Shown piece after piece: positions 47,574 through 56,613 of a DNA stretch of 64,000 bases (the stretch's first letter is position 1; every line of letters begins with the position of its first letter). This DNA is from a bacterium (GTDB lineage Bacteria > Patescibacteriota > Saccharimonadia > Saccharimonadales > UBA4665): assembly GCA_021833065.1 (NCBI GenBank), contig JAKBGO010000002.1, positions 11,493-75,492 on the forward strand, in the 5' to 3' direction. Below the pieces are notes generated by a model. That model ran no database searches. It had not been told where the DNA came from and saw only the letters and a list, made by a program, of their open reading frames with translations. The translations under genes were made by a program, and so were the position numbers.

Positions 47574-48662
47574 ATGTTATACACATCTCATCATTTTTCT
47601 GACAATTTTTGCAAAGACTTTATTGATCAGTGCCGAGCCGATATTGATTCCGGCATATCAATAAATTTAGTAGCCATGCCGGGAGCTGGCGTGACTTTTT
47701 TTCTTCGCTCCCTCTCGCAAAAAGACTCTAAAAGTTATCTTTTCATAAATTCCTTTGAAATGGCTGAATTCAGCAGAAAAGAATTTTATGATCAAATCTC
47801 TCAAAAGTTAGGTATTTCCAAAGCCGGTTCCTCTCTCAACGAAATAAGCCAGGCAATGATCAAGAAATCGAATCAAATCGGTCGATTAGTAATTGTTTTT
47901 AACCGCTTGGATAGATTAGAAGAAATTCTTGATCAAAATTTTTTCGATAATTTACGCTTTCTTAGAGACTCCAACCGAAATAAGATCAATATGATTTTTG
48001 TTTCATCACATCCCTTGATAGAAACTCACGGTCATCAAATCAAAGATATTTTAAGCCTAATCGCCAAAACAGAATACTTTACCGGATACGAAGACCAAGA
48101 TTTGATTGAAGTATACAAATCAATCGATAAACAAAAAATCGATCAAAGAGCGCTAAGATTGGCTGGCGGGCATTTGCTACTGCTTCAAGTATTAATGAGA
48201 TGCCAAAATTTAAATCGACCATTGTCAGACCCAATGGTGAAGCTGGTAGTTAAAGACCTACATAATTCACTAACCCCAAAAGATAAGAAAACCCTGGTCT
48301 CGATACTAGCAAAAAACAATCCCTCTTCTATTCACAATTTAATTAACATGGGTTATTTAAAAAAAAGTAGCGACGGCTACATTCCATTCTCTCCCCTGCT
48401 GCAAGAATATGTGAATTCGCTTGGCAAGCAACATTTGCCAATAAAAGAAAAAAGATTACTAAAAATTCTGACGCAAAATAAAGGCAAAGTTGTTCCAAAA
48501 GAGACAATATGCGATTACGTTTGGAGCGAAAAAGACGGTATTATTAGCGATTGGGCGCTTAACGCTCTAATATATAGACTCAGAAAACACAGTGCTTTTG
48601 ATTCACAAAACCAGACAATTGAATCTCGTAAAGGTGAAGGATATATCCTGTTCGAGAACTAA
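47574..48662 (+). CDS. P-loop-NTPase-like domain (degenerate Walker A) fused to an OmpR/PhoB-type winged-helix DNA-binding domain
   Basis: The Walker-A-like motif MPGAGVT lacks the Lys, and the Walker-B-like motif is LVIVFNRLD. The C-terminal sequence RLLKIL...VVPKETICDYVW...ALNALIYRLRKH...IESRKGEGYILF matches Trans_reg_C. Confidence 0.7.
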   Translation: MLYTSHHFSDNFCKDFIDQCRADIDSGISINLVAMPGAGVTFFLRSLSQKDSKSYLFINSFEMAEFSRKEFYDQISQKLGISKAGSSLNEISQAMIKKSNQIGRLVIVFNRLDRLEEILDQNFFDNLRFLRDSNRNKINMIFVSSHPLIETHGHQIKDILSLIAKTEYFTGYEDQDLIEVYKSIDKQKIDQRALRLAGGHLLLLQVLMRCQNLNRPLSDPMVKLVVKDLHNSLTPKDKKTLVSILAKNNPSSIHNLINMGYLKKSSDGYIPFSPLLQEYVNSLGKQHLPIKEKRLLKILTQNKGKVVPKETICDYVWSEKDGIISDWALNALIYRLRKHSAFDSQNQTIESRKGEGYILFEN

Positions 48663-48708
48663 TAATACTTGCATTATTAGTTTAAATATATTATAATTTT
48701 ATTTCTGA

Positions 48709-49380
48709 ATGAGAAAATACAGAAATCAAGAAGGCGATAATAGACTATACTTCGAAGACTTGGGAAGACCTCTAGTTGACAAGGCTTTTATGGCAAAAAT
48801 TCAGAAGCACCTTGGAACACTGGCAACCTCCCATGATTTCGACGTTGAAATACGTCAAACGCCGGCAATTACTTATGTAATTGGCACTGAGATTAAACAC
48901 GCACTTAGACACGGCTCTAAAATTACAAGCAATGCGGCGTCTACCAACGATATAATCGAAAATATTAAAAATCATGGATTAATTTCGCCTGTTCAAACCG
49001 ACAAAGGTTTGATTGTTGAAGTACAGTCTTTAGGTTTTAAGAGTTTTGGGGACGGTCGCAGAGACATCCAGGTAAGAATAAAGGATATACCACGAATTGA
49101 CGGATTCGGTTCAGTCATCTATGATGAACGTCGACTAATTCAGGCAAGCATCGGATTACCTTATGCCAGAAACGAAATAAATAGAAAAAATAGGTTTGAA
49201 AAGCCGGAAACTAAAACTTCAGTTTCCCTAATACTAGGCACAATTGTAATGGCCAAAAACCGACCATTTGATATATCTATTAACACAAGTTTGAACAGTC
49301 AATTAAACGGTCAAAAACTGGTACTTGGAAAATTATCTTCTTTCAATGCTTTCGAAAAAATAGGTTTTAAAACGAGTTAG
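48709..49380 (+). CDS. hypothetical protein
   Basis: 223-aa ORF 46 nt downstream of the wHTH gene on the same strand. Confidence 0.5.
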   Translation: MRKYRNQEGDNRLYFEDLGRPLVDKAFMAKIQKHLGTLATSHDFDVEIRQTPAITYVIGTEIKHALRHGSKITSNAASTNDIIENIKNHGLISPVQTDKGLIVEVQSLGFKSFGDGRRDIQVRIKDIPRIDGFGSVIYDERRLIQASIGLPYARNEINRKNRFEKPETKTSVSLILGTIVMAKNRPFDISINTSLNSQLNGQKLVLGKLSSFNAFEKIGFKTS

Positions 49381-49383
49381 ACT

Positions 49384-50004
49384 CTACCTGCCTCTTCGCC
49401 AGCCCTTCCAAAGCTGAGTAGCATTGTACCAACCATAAGCTACGCCGCCGGTCTCAAAAGCATATTCAAATAAATGATCGGCCTTCATAAACGACAGACC
49501 TAAGACAGCACCAGGTATTACAAAATCACGGACAGAATCCCGAAATGCAAATTTATCACTATTTTTACCTGATGAAAGCCCTTTTCGATTTATTGCAAAC
49601 ACGGCCGCATTGATAACAACAGCCCCGACGGCCGCCCTAATGTCCGGACGGGAGAGATTTAAACCTTCCATCGTTTTAAAGAAACTAAACTTATCTGAAA
49701 CCATCTCAGAACCGGCGTCAAAAGTAGACAGAGCAGATCCGGCAACGGCAAAACCGATTGCAAAATTTCTTACCCGTTGAGTCAAACCTCTCTTGGTTGA
49801 TCTAGCTTCAATTGCGGCGGCCCCAAAAGTCAAAGAATCAACTGTTTCTTCTGTTGCTTCAACTATCAGTGCCGGTTGGTTTCCCAAAATACCGCCGGCC
49901 AGTTGAATTCCGGCTGATCCTAATCGAAGCAGGCTGGAAAAGGCAAACCTCTTAGATCTCGCCTCCGGACTCGATGAGTTTATTTCATGCGTGTGGTGAA
50001 CCAT
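49384..50004 (-). CDS. hypothetical membrane protein
   Basis: 206-aa ORF with Gly/Ala-rich hydrophobic segments and a visibly more GC-rich composition than its neighbours. Confidence 0.5.
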   Translation of the reverse strand: MVHHTHEINSSSPEARSKRFAFSSLLRLGSAGIQLAGGILGNQPALIVEATEETVDSLTFGAAAIEARSTKRGLTQRVRNFAIGFAVAGSALSTFDAGSEMVSDKFSFFKTMEGLNLSRPDIRAAVGAVVINAAVFAINRKGLSSGKNSDKFAFRDSVRDFVIPGAVLGLSFMKADHLFEYAFETGGVAYGWYNATQLWKGWRRGR

Positions 50005-50077
50005 TTAGTTTCCCTTAATGATTAAAATATATTATATAATATTTTAGCTCAATAACCAAGAACCGGGCTTATGTTAA

Positions 50078-50866
50078 TTAAGAGTTAAAGGAGAAGAGCC
50101 TGACGCTGCCCCATCTTCCCTCGCCTGAGTGTGATGGAATAACATTATCAATCCGAACACCTAAATCTTGATCAATAATTGCTACCAATCGATTTATAGA
50201 ATTTAGGCTCTGTTTCGTGTTATGGCTAACCGGCTTGAAGGCGTTTTTTAACTGCCCAGTCCTATCATAATCCATGCTGTCACCAACAATTAAACTGTTT
50301 GACCCGTCAGCTCTATTACTGACAAGATAAGCCAAGCTTCCATCAGTATGACCCGGCATAACAAATGAACGAACAGCCAAATCACCGGAAACTTTAATCA
50401 AATCATAATCACCTACAAAATTCGGTCTTACATCCGGTAATGCCGCATTATGCCTGTTGCTGATTTTATCTGCCAGAGCGGGAACAAAACCCTGACTATT
50501 CTTTCTACCTGATAAAACCGACATCTCTGCTTCACTGACATATATTTCGGCATTGCTGTCGGAGTTAATCTCATTTACACCGCCGACGTGATCACTGTGC
50601 GCATGAGTCAAATAAACTTCTTTAATCGCCCTCATGCCAAGTCCAAGATGACCGAGATATTGTCGAAGATTTTTTGCCTGTCTATCGATACCGCTATCAA
50701 ACAGAACAAATTCATTGGTTTTATCTATCGGAACGAGATACATGGAACTATGTAAGTCGATAATTCTGGTTATGCCACCGGGCATTATTCTGTAGTTAAC
50801 CATCGGTTTTGATCTGGTTAAGGTGGTCACTGCATCACTCAACCGATTTGTTTGCTCTTTTTCCAT
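50078..50866 (-). CDS. MBL-fold metallo-hydrolase
   Basis: THAHSDHVGG motif plus downstream His/Asp ligands (MPGHTDGS, GDSMD, PSHSG). Confidence 0.85.
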   Translation of the reverse strand: MEKEQTNRLSDAVTTLTRSKPMVNYRIMPGGITRIIDLHSSMYLVPIDKTNEFVLFDSGIDRQAKNLRQYLGHLGLGMRAIKEVYLTHAHSDHVGGVNEINSDSNAEIYVSEAEMSVLSGRKNSQGFVPALADKISNRHNAALPDVRPNFVGDYDLIKVSGDLAVRSFVMPGHTDGSLAYLVSNRADGSNSLIVGDSMDYDRTGQLKNAFKPVSHNTKQSLNSINRLVAIIDQDLGVRIDNVIPSHSGEGRWGSVRLFSFNS

Positions 50867-50964
50867 TGATTTTATATATTATCATATTTAACTGTTTTGT
50901 CAATAATTAGGGCTTGATTTTTAACATTATTTAAGGCATAATAACCAAAAAATATGGGGTTTTC

Positions 50965-51594
50965 ATGGAAGCAATAAATAACCAATCTTTAGATATATAT
51001 CAAGGCGCTAAATTACCAACAAGGATTAGTGCTTCCGGGGAACTGGAAATTGATTGGCCTAAGTTTCTCCCCCTCCCGGCATCTCAACCTAGAACTGAGG
51101 CATTTCTTGGATTTAGAATCAAAGAACTGCGTGCTTCCGGCGATGATTCCGACAAAAAAACTGCCAGAATTATCCGCGAAGGAGCCGGCGTTGTTTTGAA
51201 GCAATCCGGTGTTTCTCTAAAGTTAATGAGAGATGTCAATGAAATGGTGTCTTTTCTGGAGGAAAGCAACCCTAACGCTTACAAAGTAGACAATCTGTTA
51301 AACCAAGGCCATTCAATTTACGAAATTCAGCAGTTTTGGAGAATTGCCGATGAACTACGGATTGGCCCCCGTAGGATTGACGGCCTAATCAGGCTAATCG
51401 GTAGACTCGGCCTAGATCCATTCGATTGTGACGATGATCTGGATATGATTGATGGTGCAATCGATATTATAGCCGAGAGAAATCAGGAAGTCGGTTCAAT
51501 CAGCATCAGTACCATCAGACGTGGCATTGCCGTCGCAAGGCTCGATAACCACATTCAAAATGGCGGACTGTTGCAAGATATTTTAGATAGTTAA
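50965..51594 (+). CDS. hypothetical protein
   Basis: 209-aa ORF, first gene of a same-strand run up to 55035. Confidence 0.5.
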   Translation: MEAINNQSLDIYQGAKLPTRISASGELEIDWPKFLPLPASQPRTEAFLGFRIKELRASGDDSDKKTARIIREGAGVVLKQSGVSLKLMRDVNEMVSFLEESNPNAYKVDNLLNQGHSIYEIQQFWRIADELRIGPRRIDGLIRLIGRLGLDPFDCDDDLDMIDGAIDIIAERNQEVGSISISTIRRGIAVARLDNHIQNGGLLQDILDS

Positions 51595-51609
51595 GAGGAT
51601 TTAATTTTA

Positions 51610-52734
51610 ATGGAAAGAGCAAAAAGAAACGAAACCAGAGCTGCTCTTAGAAGACTTGATTCGCTAATACCCTCTAATCCTCTGGAATTACTGATGGTCG
51701 GCGAAGATTTAGCTAGAACCCTGGGACCTGAGGAGCTAAAAACTTTAGTTAAATCTATTGGAAATATTTTACTGAGAGAGATTCACCCCGATACATCGAC
51801 AAATCAAAGACTGATTGGCAAGTTTACCGTAGAGCAAGTACTTTCAGCCGTTGATGAATATAATCAAAATCCCGATCGCATTCGAACAGAATATTTAAGC
51901 AGTTTCAATAAAAAAAATCGGAAAGACTCACAGGTAAGCCTAAAAAATGCCGAAATTATTCCGATTAATCCGATTGAGTCATCAAACGAAATATTCGAAT
52001 CCTTATACTCCGAAGAGTCTGTTATAAAAATAAAGGATGCCACAATTTTACTAACCACTTTTTCGCTGAATAAACAAGAAAAAAATCAAAACCCATATCA
52101 TTCTTTGATTATAAAAAACAATAAAGCCGTAATTAAGCCGCTTAGATACTACGATGATGATTTTTCCGATTCCGAACGGTTGGAAATTATAAATGATATT
52201 TCCAAAAATTCTGCGATAGAGGATTCCACGGCAGTTTATGCAACAAAAGACATTTTAACTATCATTCCCGGTTTATCTCAGGAGGTATCTGAAATTCCAA
52301 ACATTTTTCCTGAACTTCTGAAAGATGGTTGGTGGTATAAAATAATCGGAACCAAGCGATATCAAGAAGAAAACAGATCAATACTTAGCTTTAAACCGCT
52401 TTCAACCAACCAAACGGTGAAGTTACTGGGCTCAATCCCGCTCAATATTGCAACTACTGTGGCTTTTTCAATATCGCAAAAAGCCGAAGCCAACATACAA
52501 TCTCAGCAAATTCTGGAATCCAATACAAATAAGAGGCAGGCAAACTTAAAACGGAAGAATTTTACTATCATTCCCGAAGATGTATGGAGAGACTTGCTTC
52601 AATCTACCTCAATAGATCACAATTTAATATTTAAACCCTTCCTTTTACCGAGCCATGTTTTAGTTGGTGAAACAAAGGATAAATCAAAACTCCTGCTCGG
52701 AGAAACAAGTTTTATTAGCGCCGAATATTTTTAA
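51610..52734 (+). CDS. hypothetical protein with an N-terminal J-domain-like segment
   Basis: Residues ~25-95 (LELLMVGEDL...PEELKTLVKSIGNILLREIHPDTSTNQRLIGKFTVEQVLSAVDEYNQNP) fit the helix II - HPD - helix III pattern of DnaJ J-domains. The C-terminal ~280 aa are unrecognised. Confidence 0.5.
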   Translation: MERAKRNETRAALRRLDSLIPSNPLELLMVGEDLARTLGPEELKTLVKSIGNILLREIHPDTSTNQRLIGKFTVEQVLSAVDEYNQNPDRIRTEYLSSFNKKNRKDSQVSLKNAEIIPINPIESSNEIFESLYSEESVIKIKDATILLTTFSLNKQEKNQNPYHSLIIKNNKAVIKPLRYYDDDFSDSERLEIINDISKNSAIEDSTAVYATKDILTIIPGLSQEVSEIPNIFPELLKDGWWYKIIGTKRYQEENRSILSFKPLSTNQTVKLLGSIPLNIATTVAFSISQKAEANIQSQQILESNTNKRQANLKRKNFTIIPEDVWRDLLQSTSIDHNLIFKPFLLPSHVLVGETKDKSKLLLGETSFISAEYF

Positions 52735-52759
52735 GAAAATTTACATAATTATCTGATTA

Positions 52760-53293
52760 TTGTATAATATATTTATTATGGCAGCCGGTAGATTTGAAAA
52801 ATTTAATCCGGAAATACCTCATACATCTGAGAGTAATTTTACTGATGTTTACTTCCAACCTATCTTGAACTTAACACAAAGGGCTCTAAAAAAAGTCGTG
52901 CCTGAAGAAATTGGATGGGTTGATAGTTTTCGTGATGTAATAACTTCCCGGAAGAAATTTTATGAGTTAAATAATGATAAATTTATGTTGACTGATTACA
53001 GAAAATCCGGCGATTCACCGGAGAGCAATCCACTGCAAATTCGACTTGTTGTCTGGGAACAAAACATAGACCAAGAAGGTAATTTAATAAGTTCCAACAT
53101 CGATATCAAATACTTCGAGACAATATCAAAAAAACTTCGGATTGTCCGATTAGACAATATATCCGACGAGATTATTAACGACAGTCGAAAACTCCATACT
53201 TTTTATAGTCTAGAAAAAGATTTCAATATGATTGAAGCCAGTCCGGAAGAATATTACGGTTTTTGTTTGGCACTGATGATTGGTGCCAGATAA
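52760..53293 (+). CDS. hypothetical protein
   Basis: 177-aa ORF; the ATG at 52778 (MAAGRFEKF) is an alternative start. Confidence 0.5.
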   Translation: MYNIFIMAAGRFEKFNPEIPHTSESNFTDVYFQPILNLTQRALKKVVPEEIGWVDSFRDVITSRKKFYELNNDKFMLTDYRKSGDSPESNPLQIRLVVWEQNIDQEGNLISSNIDIKYFETISKKLRIVRLDNISDEIINDSRKLHTFYSLEKDFNMIEASPEEYYGFCLALMIGAR

Positions 53294-53341
53294 GTTTTAC
53301 TATTTATAAAAACCAGTCCATAATTAGCTTGGTAGCTTATT

Positions 53342-54235
53342 ATGGATGCAATTAACACTAAATCACTGACAAAATTTTATCCCGGTCAATCAAAACCGGC
53401 AGTCAATAATTTATCTATCAGTATTAAACAAGGTGAAATCTACGGATTCTTGGGAGCAAACGGCGCCGGTAAAACAACCACAATAAGACTTCTCATGGAC
53501 TTCATTAAGCCAACAGATGGAACTATTGAGATATTCGGATTAGATCTAAAAACAAACTCCATTAGAATTAAGGAACAAATTGGATATTTAGCCGGAGAAG
53601 CGAAACTATATTCTGGCGTCAGCGGTAAACAAATACTTGATTTTCTATCATCAATAAGGCAAGTAGACAATTCGTACAGAAAGAAACTGGAGAAAGACTT
53701 CCAAGCGGACTTAAATCAACCGATTGAAGAATTATCAAAGGGCAATAAGCAGAAAATAGCCATCATCCAAGCCTTGATGAATCAACCGAAAGCACTGATT
53801 TTAGATGAGCCGACTTCTGGTCTTGACCCCCTAATGCAGGAAGTGTTCTATGATACAATCGAAGATTTGTCTAAAAATGGTACGGCAATTTTGATGAGTA
53901 GTCACAATTTAAGTGAAGCTCAGAAAATTTGCCATCGTATAGGCATTATCAAAAATGGCTCACTCGTGCACCAACAAGATGTAGGAGAAGATAGCCTATT
54001 ATCGGCCAATCTTTATAGGCTTAAATTGAAATTTGCCAAAGACATCAAGGCTCTGAAAAAATTCAATCAACTTACACTGGTCAAAACTCTAAATGATACT
54101 GAGATTATAGTAAAACCAAAAAAATCCTTAAATGATTTCCTCGGCGAAATATCTAAATTGCCACTAATAGAGTTTAATTCTCAGAAAATTGATCTAGAAG
54201 ATGAATTCCTAACATTTTACGGGGAAAATAAATGA
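53342..54235 (+). CDS. ABC transporter ATP-binding protein (ABC-2 type)
   Basis: GANGAGKTT, LSKGNKQKIAIIQAL, LILDEPTSGLD. Confidence 0.92.
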   Translation: MDAINTKSLTKFYPGQSKPAVNNLSISIKQGEIYGFLGANGAGKTTTIRLLMDFIKPTDGTIEIFGLDLKTNSIRIKEQIGYLAGEAKLYSGVSGKQILDFLSSIRQVDNSYRKKLEKDFQADLNQPIEELSKGNKQKIAIIQALMNQPKALILDEPTSGLDPLMQEVFYDTIEDLSKNGTAILMSSHNLSEAQKICHRIGIIKNGSLVHQQDVGEDSLLSANLYRLKLKFAKDIKALKKFNQLTLVKTLNDTEIIVKPKKSLNDFLGEISKLPLIEFNSQKIDLEDEFLTFYGENK

Positions 54236-55035
54236 AAGATGTTATAGTCTGGGAAATATCAAGAAGAAAGAAATATATGATTTGGTGGGCTATTGGAATC
54301 AGTCTAACCATTATTTTGATACTTTCGATTTATCCTTCAATTCGAGATCAATTCAAAACATTCGACAATTTAATAAAACAACTTCCATCAGCATTCATAA
54401 ATCTTCAAACCGGTGGCGCCAATGAAAGTATTGCCAGTCCGGTGGGTTGGCTTAATTCTCAACTATACTTCGTAACTCTTCCAATACTTTTTCTTATCAT
54501 GTCAATCGGTCTTGGCGGTTCAATTTTAGCTATGGACGAAAAAGAACATACTTTAGAACTGATTTTAGCAAGACCCATATCACGTGCCAAACTAATTGCA
54601 TCTAAACTGATTTCATACTTTTTAATCATAGCTGTTCCTTGGCTAATATCATCAATCGTTACCGGAATAACTTCAAGTATAATTCATCTACCAATAAGCC
54701 AATTTAATCTTTTTATAGCTGATATTTGGCTGCTAATTTTCATATTAGCTTATGGCCTAATCGCCTTTGCCGCTACAGCTGTATCAACAAAAATTAAGAG
54801 AATCGGCACCATTGCGGCTACATTAATAGCATTCCTGGGTTATCTACTCACGTCGTTGGCTAATCTAAATCATTTTGTAGCTGATTTCGCTAAATTATTA
54901 CCTTGGTATTACTTCACCCCAAGTAAATTATTATTAGGAAATCTTAATACAACTTTGAATATATATTTATTAACCCTGTCCCTTTTTATGATAATTATTT
55001 CTTTTGTAGGCTTTAATAAAAGGGATCTGGCGTAA
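54232..55035 (+). CDS. ABC-2 family transporter permease
   Basis: 267 aa, 6 TM helices, 4-nt overlap with the ATPase gene. Confidence 0.8.
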   Translation: MKDVIVWEISRRKKYMIWWAIGISLTIILILSIYPSIRDQFKTFDNLIKQLPSAFINLQTGGANESIASPVGWLNSQLYFVTLPILFLIMSIGLGGSILAMDEKEHTLELILARPISRAKLIASKLISYFLIIAVPWLISSIVTGITSSIIHLPISQFNLFIADIWLLIFILAYGLIAFAATAVSTKIKRIGTIAATLIAFLGYLLTSLANLNHFVADFAKLLPWYYFTPSKLLLGNLNTTLNIYLLTLSLFMIIISFVGFNKRDLA

Positions 55036-55038
55036 ACC

Positions 55039-56613
55039 CTAAGAGCCGCTCTTATTTGTAGTAGCTAGGATTTGATTTATTTGAGCTTGTGTCAGAGGCG
55101 CCCACGGTGAACTGTCGGGATTTGAGGAAGCAGCTGCGGGACTATCGCCCTGATTCCACCATTTAGCCTGATAAGGAACCCCGTTGAAGAGGACTCTGTC
55201 ATTGGTGTTATAAACGCTTGATCCGGACCAATCTGGGTATGTGCCGGCTGGAAGTGTTGGCTGCGAGATTGGTTTTTCACCGGGAAGCACTGGACCGATA
55301 AGTTGCCATGGGGTCTGCCAGGTTTGAAGCACAGGATTATCTGGTACATCCCCCTGAGTCCACCATTTAGCCTGATAGACATTGTGGTGCCAAACAACTT
55401 TAGTACCTTCCAAATAAGCATTAGAAGGTGACCAAATCTGGTAAGGGCTGGTTGCTGGGTTGTCTGGCTGAGAATAGAAGTTACTTGAGACATCAGAAGC
55501 TGTAATTAACCCTGAACTTCTGGTAAAGCTCCCCGAAAAAGATTTTTTCAGTAGGCTCGAAAACTCAAACGGTGATTGAGTGACCCCACTACATGAATTT
55601 GATACTATTCTCAAATTAAGGTAATTACCGCCGCAGGCCACATCCCTATTTTCAGACCAAATTGATAGGCGTCCAATGCCTTTAGACACGGCAAATTGGT
55701 TGAAGAGCTTAGCATCATTCAAACTGAAAACTTCATTGTAATTGTCGTTTTGTCCAATCATTGGAGTGGCACCAATTTTTAGCCAAGTCGAAAAATTACT
55801 TAAATATATCTTTTGCTTTTTATATAAAATCTGAACCTGCCTTTCAGTCTGAACGACAGCCTTTTCTGAAGCACTCAGCATGGTCTGACCATGTACTAAG
55901 CTATTGTTGCCATAGTCCATCACCAAAATATTGATACCGGATAAATCGACGCCGGCACCTAGCATATCATTAATCTGGTTAATAGCACTTTGATTTAAGC
56001 CGTCCGGGGTTACTGGAAGAGTCAACCAGACAGCCAAATTTTTATGAACTAACCGTCTTTCTCGCTGGATTGATGCAATTACCTGAGCTCTTCTTACGCT
56101 GCTTGTATTATCGTTCAGCGAAGGACCTTCGATATCAAAATCAACTGTATTTAATTTGTATCTGTTAATTACATCCTGGTAGGCCGACATCAGTTGGCTA
56201 TAATTCTTACACCCTAAGGCTAATTCATTGTTCTTAAGTCCGCCGAATGAAACTGCGACCGATCCGCCTTGTTGCTGAAGTCTTGCAATTCTTCTATCTA
56301 AATCTAAGGACCCTGCTGCCTGGGAAAGACTATAATAACCACCCCAACTCGGTGAACAGACATCGTTAGCCGATGAAACTACAAATCCTAAAATAACGTC
56401 CTTAGGAGAACCGTTAGATAATTGTTCAAAGTGAAAAATTGGAGTAGTAGTTACGTCTACGTAAGGCGCAAACCAAGGTTTCTTGGAATCATAGATGCGA
56501 GAATTTATCCAACTGTTGACAGAAAATACTGCAATTAGACAAATGGACAGCAAGACTATAACAGACAAAAATAGCCTGGGTAAAGATATTTTTCTTTTTG
56601 CATTAGAGGACAT
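55039..56613 (-). CDS. membrane-anchored GH18 (chitinase-like) protein with two C-terminal CBM5/12 chitin-binding modules
   Basis: N-terminal TM helix; GH18 catalytic motif VDFDIEG (DxDxE); two repeats of Y-x-AKWW(T/N)QGD. Confidence 0.85.
   Translation of the reverse strand: MSSNAKRKISLPRLFLSVIVLLSICLIAVFSVNSWINSRIYDSKKPWFAPYVDVTTTPIFHFEQLSNGSPKDVILGFVVSSANDVCSPSWGGYYSLSQAAGSLDLDRRIARLQQQGGSVAVSFGGLKNNELALGCKNYSQLMSAYQDVINRYKLNTVDFDIEGPSLNDNTSSVRRAQVIASIQRERRLVHKNLAVWLTLPVTPDGLNQSAINQINDMLGAGVDLSGINILVMDYGNNSLVHGQTMLSASEKAVVQTERQVQILYKKQKIYLSNFSTWLKIGATPMIGQNDNYNEVFSLNDAKLFNQFAVSKGIGRLSIWSENRDVACGGNYLNLRIVSNSCSGVTQSPFEFSSLLKKSFSGSFTRSSGLITASDVSSNFYSQPDNPATSPYQIWSPSNAYLEGTKVVWHHNVYQAKWWTQGDVPDNPVLQTWQTPWQLIGPVLPGEKPISQPTLPAGTYPDWSGSSVYNTNDRVLFNGVPYQAKWWNQGDSPAAASSNPDSSPWAPLTQAQINQILATTNKSGS

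Noticed and set aside
55092-55493. 133-aa alternative-frame ORF inside the GH18 gene.
   Set aside because: It falls within the CBM5/12 region, whose correct frame gives the conserved AKWW(T/N)QGD repeats. It is a frame-shadow ORF.
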